Below, in pieces: positions 52,141 through 53,480 of a DNA stretch of 53,480 nt. Made by a program: the position numbers and the translations under genes. The notes below the pieces were generated by a model that was given only the letters and a program-made list of their open reading frames with translations, was not told the origin of the DNA and did not search any database. The stretch is from an uncultured Acidimicrobiales bacterium (GTDB taxonomy: Bacteria > Actinomycetota > Acidimicrobiia > Acidimicrobiales > SHLQ01): assembly GCA_964570495.1 (NCBI GenBank), contig CAZMYN010000001.1:1-53480 (forward strand), read 5' to 3'. Positions within the stretch are counted from its first letter, which is position 1, and every line of letters begins with the position of its first letter.

Positions 52141-52920
52141 GTGTCCAACGCAACAGAGGCAGCAGAGCTGTTCATCGAAGTGGAACGGGCCTTGCGCATC
52201 GATGGGCAAAGTGACGAGACCTACGCCGATCTCGGACACACCGAACAGGTCCTGATCCGTTCGATCATGCGAAACCCCGACTGGATCGACCCATTCTTGG
52301 CTGACCTGCCCGACGATCTCCGGCCCTTTGCTGAACTCCACATCGAAGCACGCAGCGAGCTCAGCGCGCTGCACGCAGGCTGGACCCCGACGGACAACAT
52401 TCCCGCGTGGACGATCATCGACCCAGCACCTATGGACGAACTCGTCGCCTTCTATCAAAGCGCTTCAGCACAGACCGGAATCGACTGGCAGATCCTTGCG
52501 GGCATCAACCTCGTCGAGACCGGGATGGGCCGTATCGACGGGCTCAGCTCGGCCGGGGCACAAGGCCCGATGCAATTCCTCCCGACCACGTGGGAAGAGG
52601 TGAGCCAGGGAGGCGACGTCACCGACCCTGAAGACGCCATCCATGGAGCGGCTCGCTACCTCGTCCGCCGAGGCGGCCTCGACGATATTGCGGCCGGGCT
52701 CTGGGGCTACAACAACTCCGACAACTACGGTCGTGCGGTTCTGGCATACGCCGAGATGCTCCGACTCGACGAAGACGCGTTGCGCGGCTTCTACAACTGG
52801 GAGATCTACATCGGCAGCGCCGAGGGGACCCTTTGGCTACCGGTTGGCTACAGCTCGACCGAGGTCGGATCAGCGCAGGCGTACCTCAGCGAGAACCCCT
52901 GGGCAAAGACGCTGTCCTAG
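52141..52920 (+). CDS. lytic transglycosylase (SLT-like) domain protein; coding signal continues upstream to ~51877 (see findings)
   Basis: 'WQILAGINLVETGMG' (catalytic Glu context), 'GAQGPMQFLPTTW' and 'AIHGAARYL'. The coordinates given are the minimal ORF from the first canonical start (GTG 52141). The same frame is open from 51841 and encodes a lipoprotein signal plus a Thr/Ser/Pro/Ala linker. Confidence 0.8.
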   Translation: MSNATEAAELFIEVERALRIDGQSDETYADLGHTEQVLIRSIMRNPDWIDPFLADLPDDLRPFAELHIEARSELSALHAGWTPTDNIPAWTIIDPAPMDELVAFYQSASAQTGIDWQILAGINLVETGMGRIDGLSSAGAQGPMQFLPTTWEEVSQGGDVTDPEDAIHGAARYLVRRGGLDDIAAGLWGYNNSDNYGRAVLAYAEMLRLDEDALRGFYNWEIYIGSAEGTLWLPVGYSSTEVGSAQAYLSENPWAKTLS

Positions 52921-52959
52921 CCGCTGACTAATTTTGGCTTTCGCTGCCGCTGACTGCGG

Positions 52960-53480
52960 CTATCCGTTGGTCAGGACGACATCGACGCTGTCGATGGCCC
53001 ACGACTCGTCGTCGATACCACCGCTGAGATCGCCGATCAAGTTCAACGTCAAGGTGTCGTTCGCCGGCTCGCCATGAGGCCCACAGATTGTCTGGGTGAT
53101 CTTGTCGGAATCGCCGCCATCGAAGCCGTAGTCGAGGTTGTGATTGGCCGCATCGGAAGTGAACTGCCCATTGTTGGTTCCGTCACCACCGATGTCGACG
53201 TACACGAAGTCTTCATGGGCATGACCCGGCGGCTCCCAGCCACCAGTAACAACGAGGGTGATCGTCACACAGACGCTCGTGTGAGGCTCCGTAGTGGTGA
53301 TCATCAGGCTTACGACTCCGTTGTTGAACGGACCGAGGAAGTCCTCGTTCGTGAAGGGGGCATTTGTCGGACTCGTGATCGAACTACTCGACCAGCCATC
53401 GGTGATGCCACCGGTGAAGTCGTTCGTGTAGACCTGGCCAACGTTCGTTGGGATCGCGATCGAGGGGCTGATCGCCGCAC
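52960..53480 (-). CDS. hypothetical secreted/surface protein, 5'-truncated by the window edge
   Basis: The minus-strand frame is open from the window end to the stop at 52960 (...TNDFTGGITDGWSSSSITSPTNAPFTNEDFLGPFNNGVVSLMITTTEPHTSVCVTITLVVTGGW...). The ATG at 53304 is internal. No family recognised. Confidence 0.5.
   Translation of the reverse strand, partial: AAISPSIAIPTNVGQVYTNDFTGGITDGWSSSSITSPTNAPFTNEDFLGPFNNGVVSLMITTTEPHTSVCVTITLVVTGGWEPPGHAHEDFVYVDIGGDGTNNGQFTSDAANHNLDYGFDGGDSDKITQTICGPHGEPANDTLTLNLIGDLSGGIDDESWAIDSVDVVLTNG

Overview
The window looks like a high-GC actinobacterial chromosomal segment. Lineage markers are mshC, a DUF3499 protein, HelD/HelR, Lhr, hemE-hemY and many proteins anchored by an N-terminal TM helix; an Acidimicrobiia-like origin is only a guess. 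I support about 45 CDS and one tRNA-Arg(CCT). I found no rRNA, CRISPR array, integrase, transposase or recognisable defence island. Content is mostly housekeeping and cell-envelope genes:
- thioredoxin and DsbA
- an ECF sigma factor with a BNR-repeat membrane partner
- DedA-patatin
- two MacB/FtsX-type ABC systems
- mshC-cysS
- a PKD-repeat giant surface protein
- Lhr and HelD/HelR
- hemE-hemY and a class III nucleotide cyclase
- lnt and dtd
- a convergent cluster of glycosyltransferase, methyltransferase, terpenoid-fold protein, methyltransferase and GtrA
- a lytic transglycosylase

I did not find a clear multi-gene novel system. The observations most worth follow-up:
1. A ~100-codon HesB/IscA-like ORF has an in-frame TGA where that fold carries its conserved Cys. 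It is a candidate selenoprotein, or a pseudogene.
2. The Lnt homologue has Ser at the position I align to the catalytic Cys.
3. Two short intergenic repeat families are shared by loci 19-37 kb apart. One carries a covarying hairpin. The other is a 13-19 bp perfect palindrome, TTTGGTGCCWGGCACCAAA.
4. A promoter-like site is followed by two hairpins with identical C-rich loops, a 6C-like sRNA candidate.
5. A TadG-like N-terminal segment is fused to seven Cys-pair repeats, possibly a propeller.
6. A lytic-transglycosylase lipoprotein has no canonical start codon for its signal peptide.

All functional calls rest on motifs read by eye. No searches were run.
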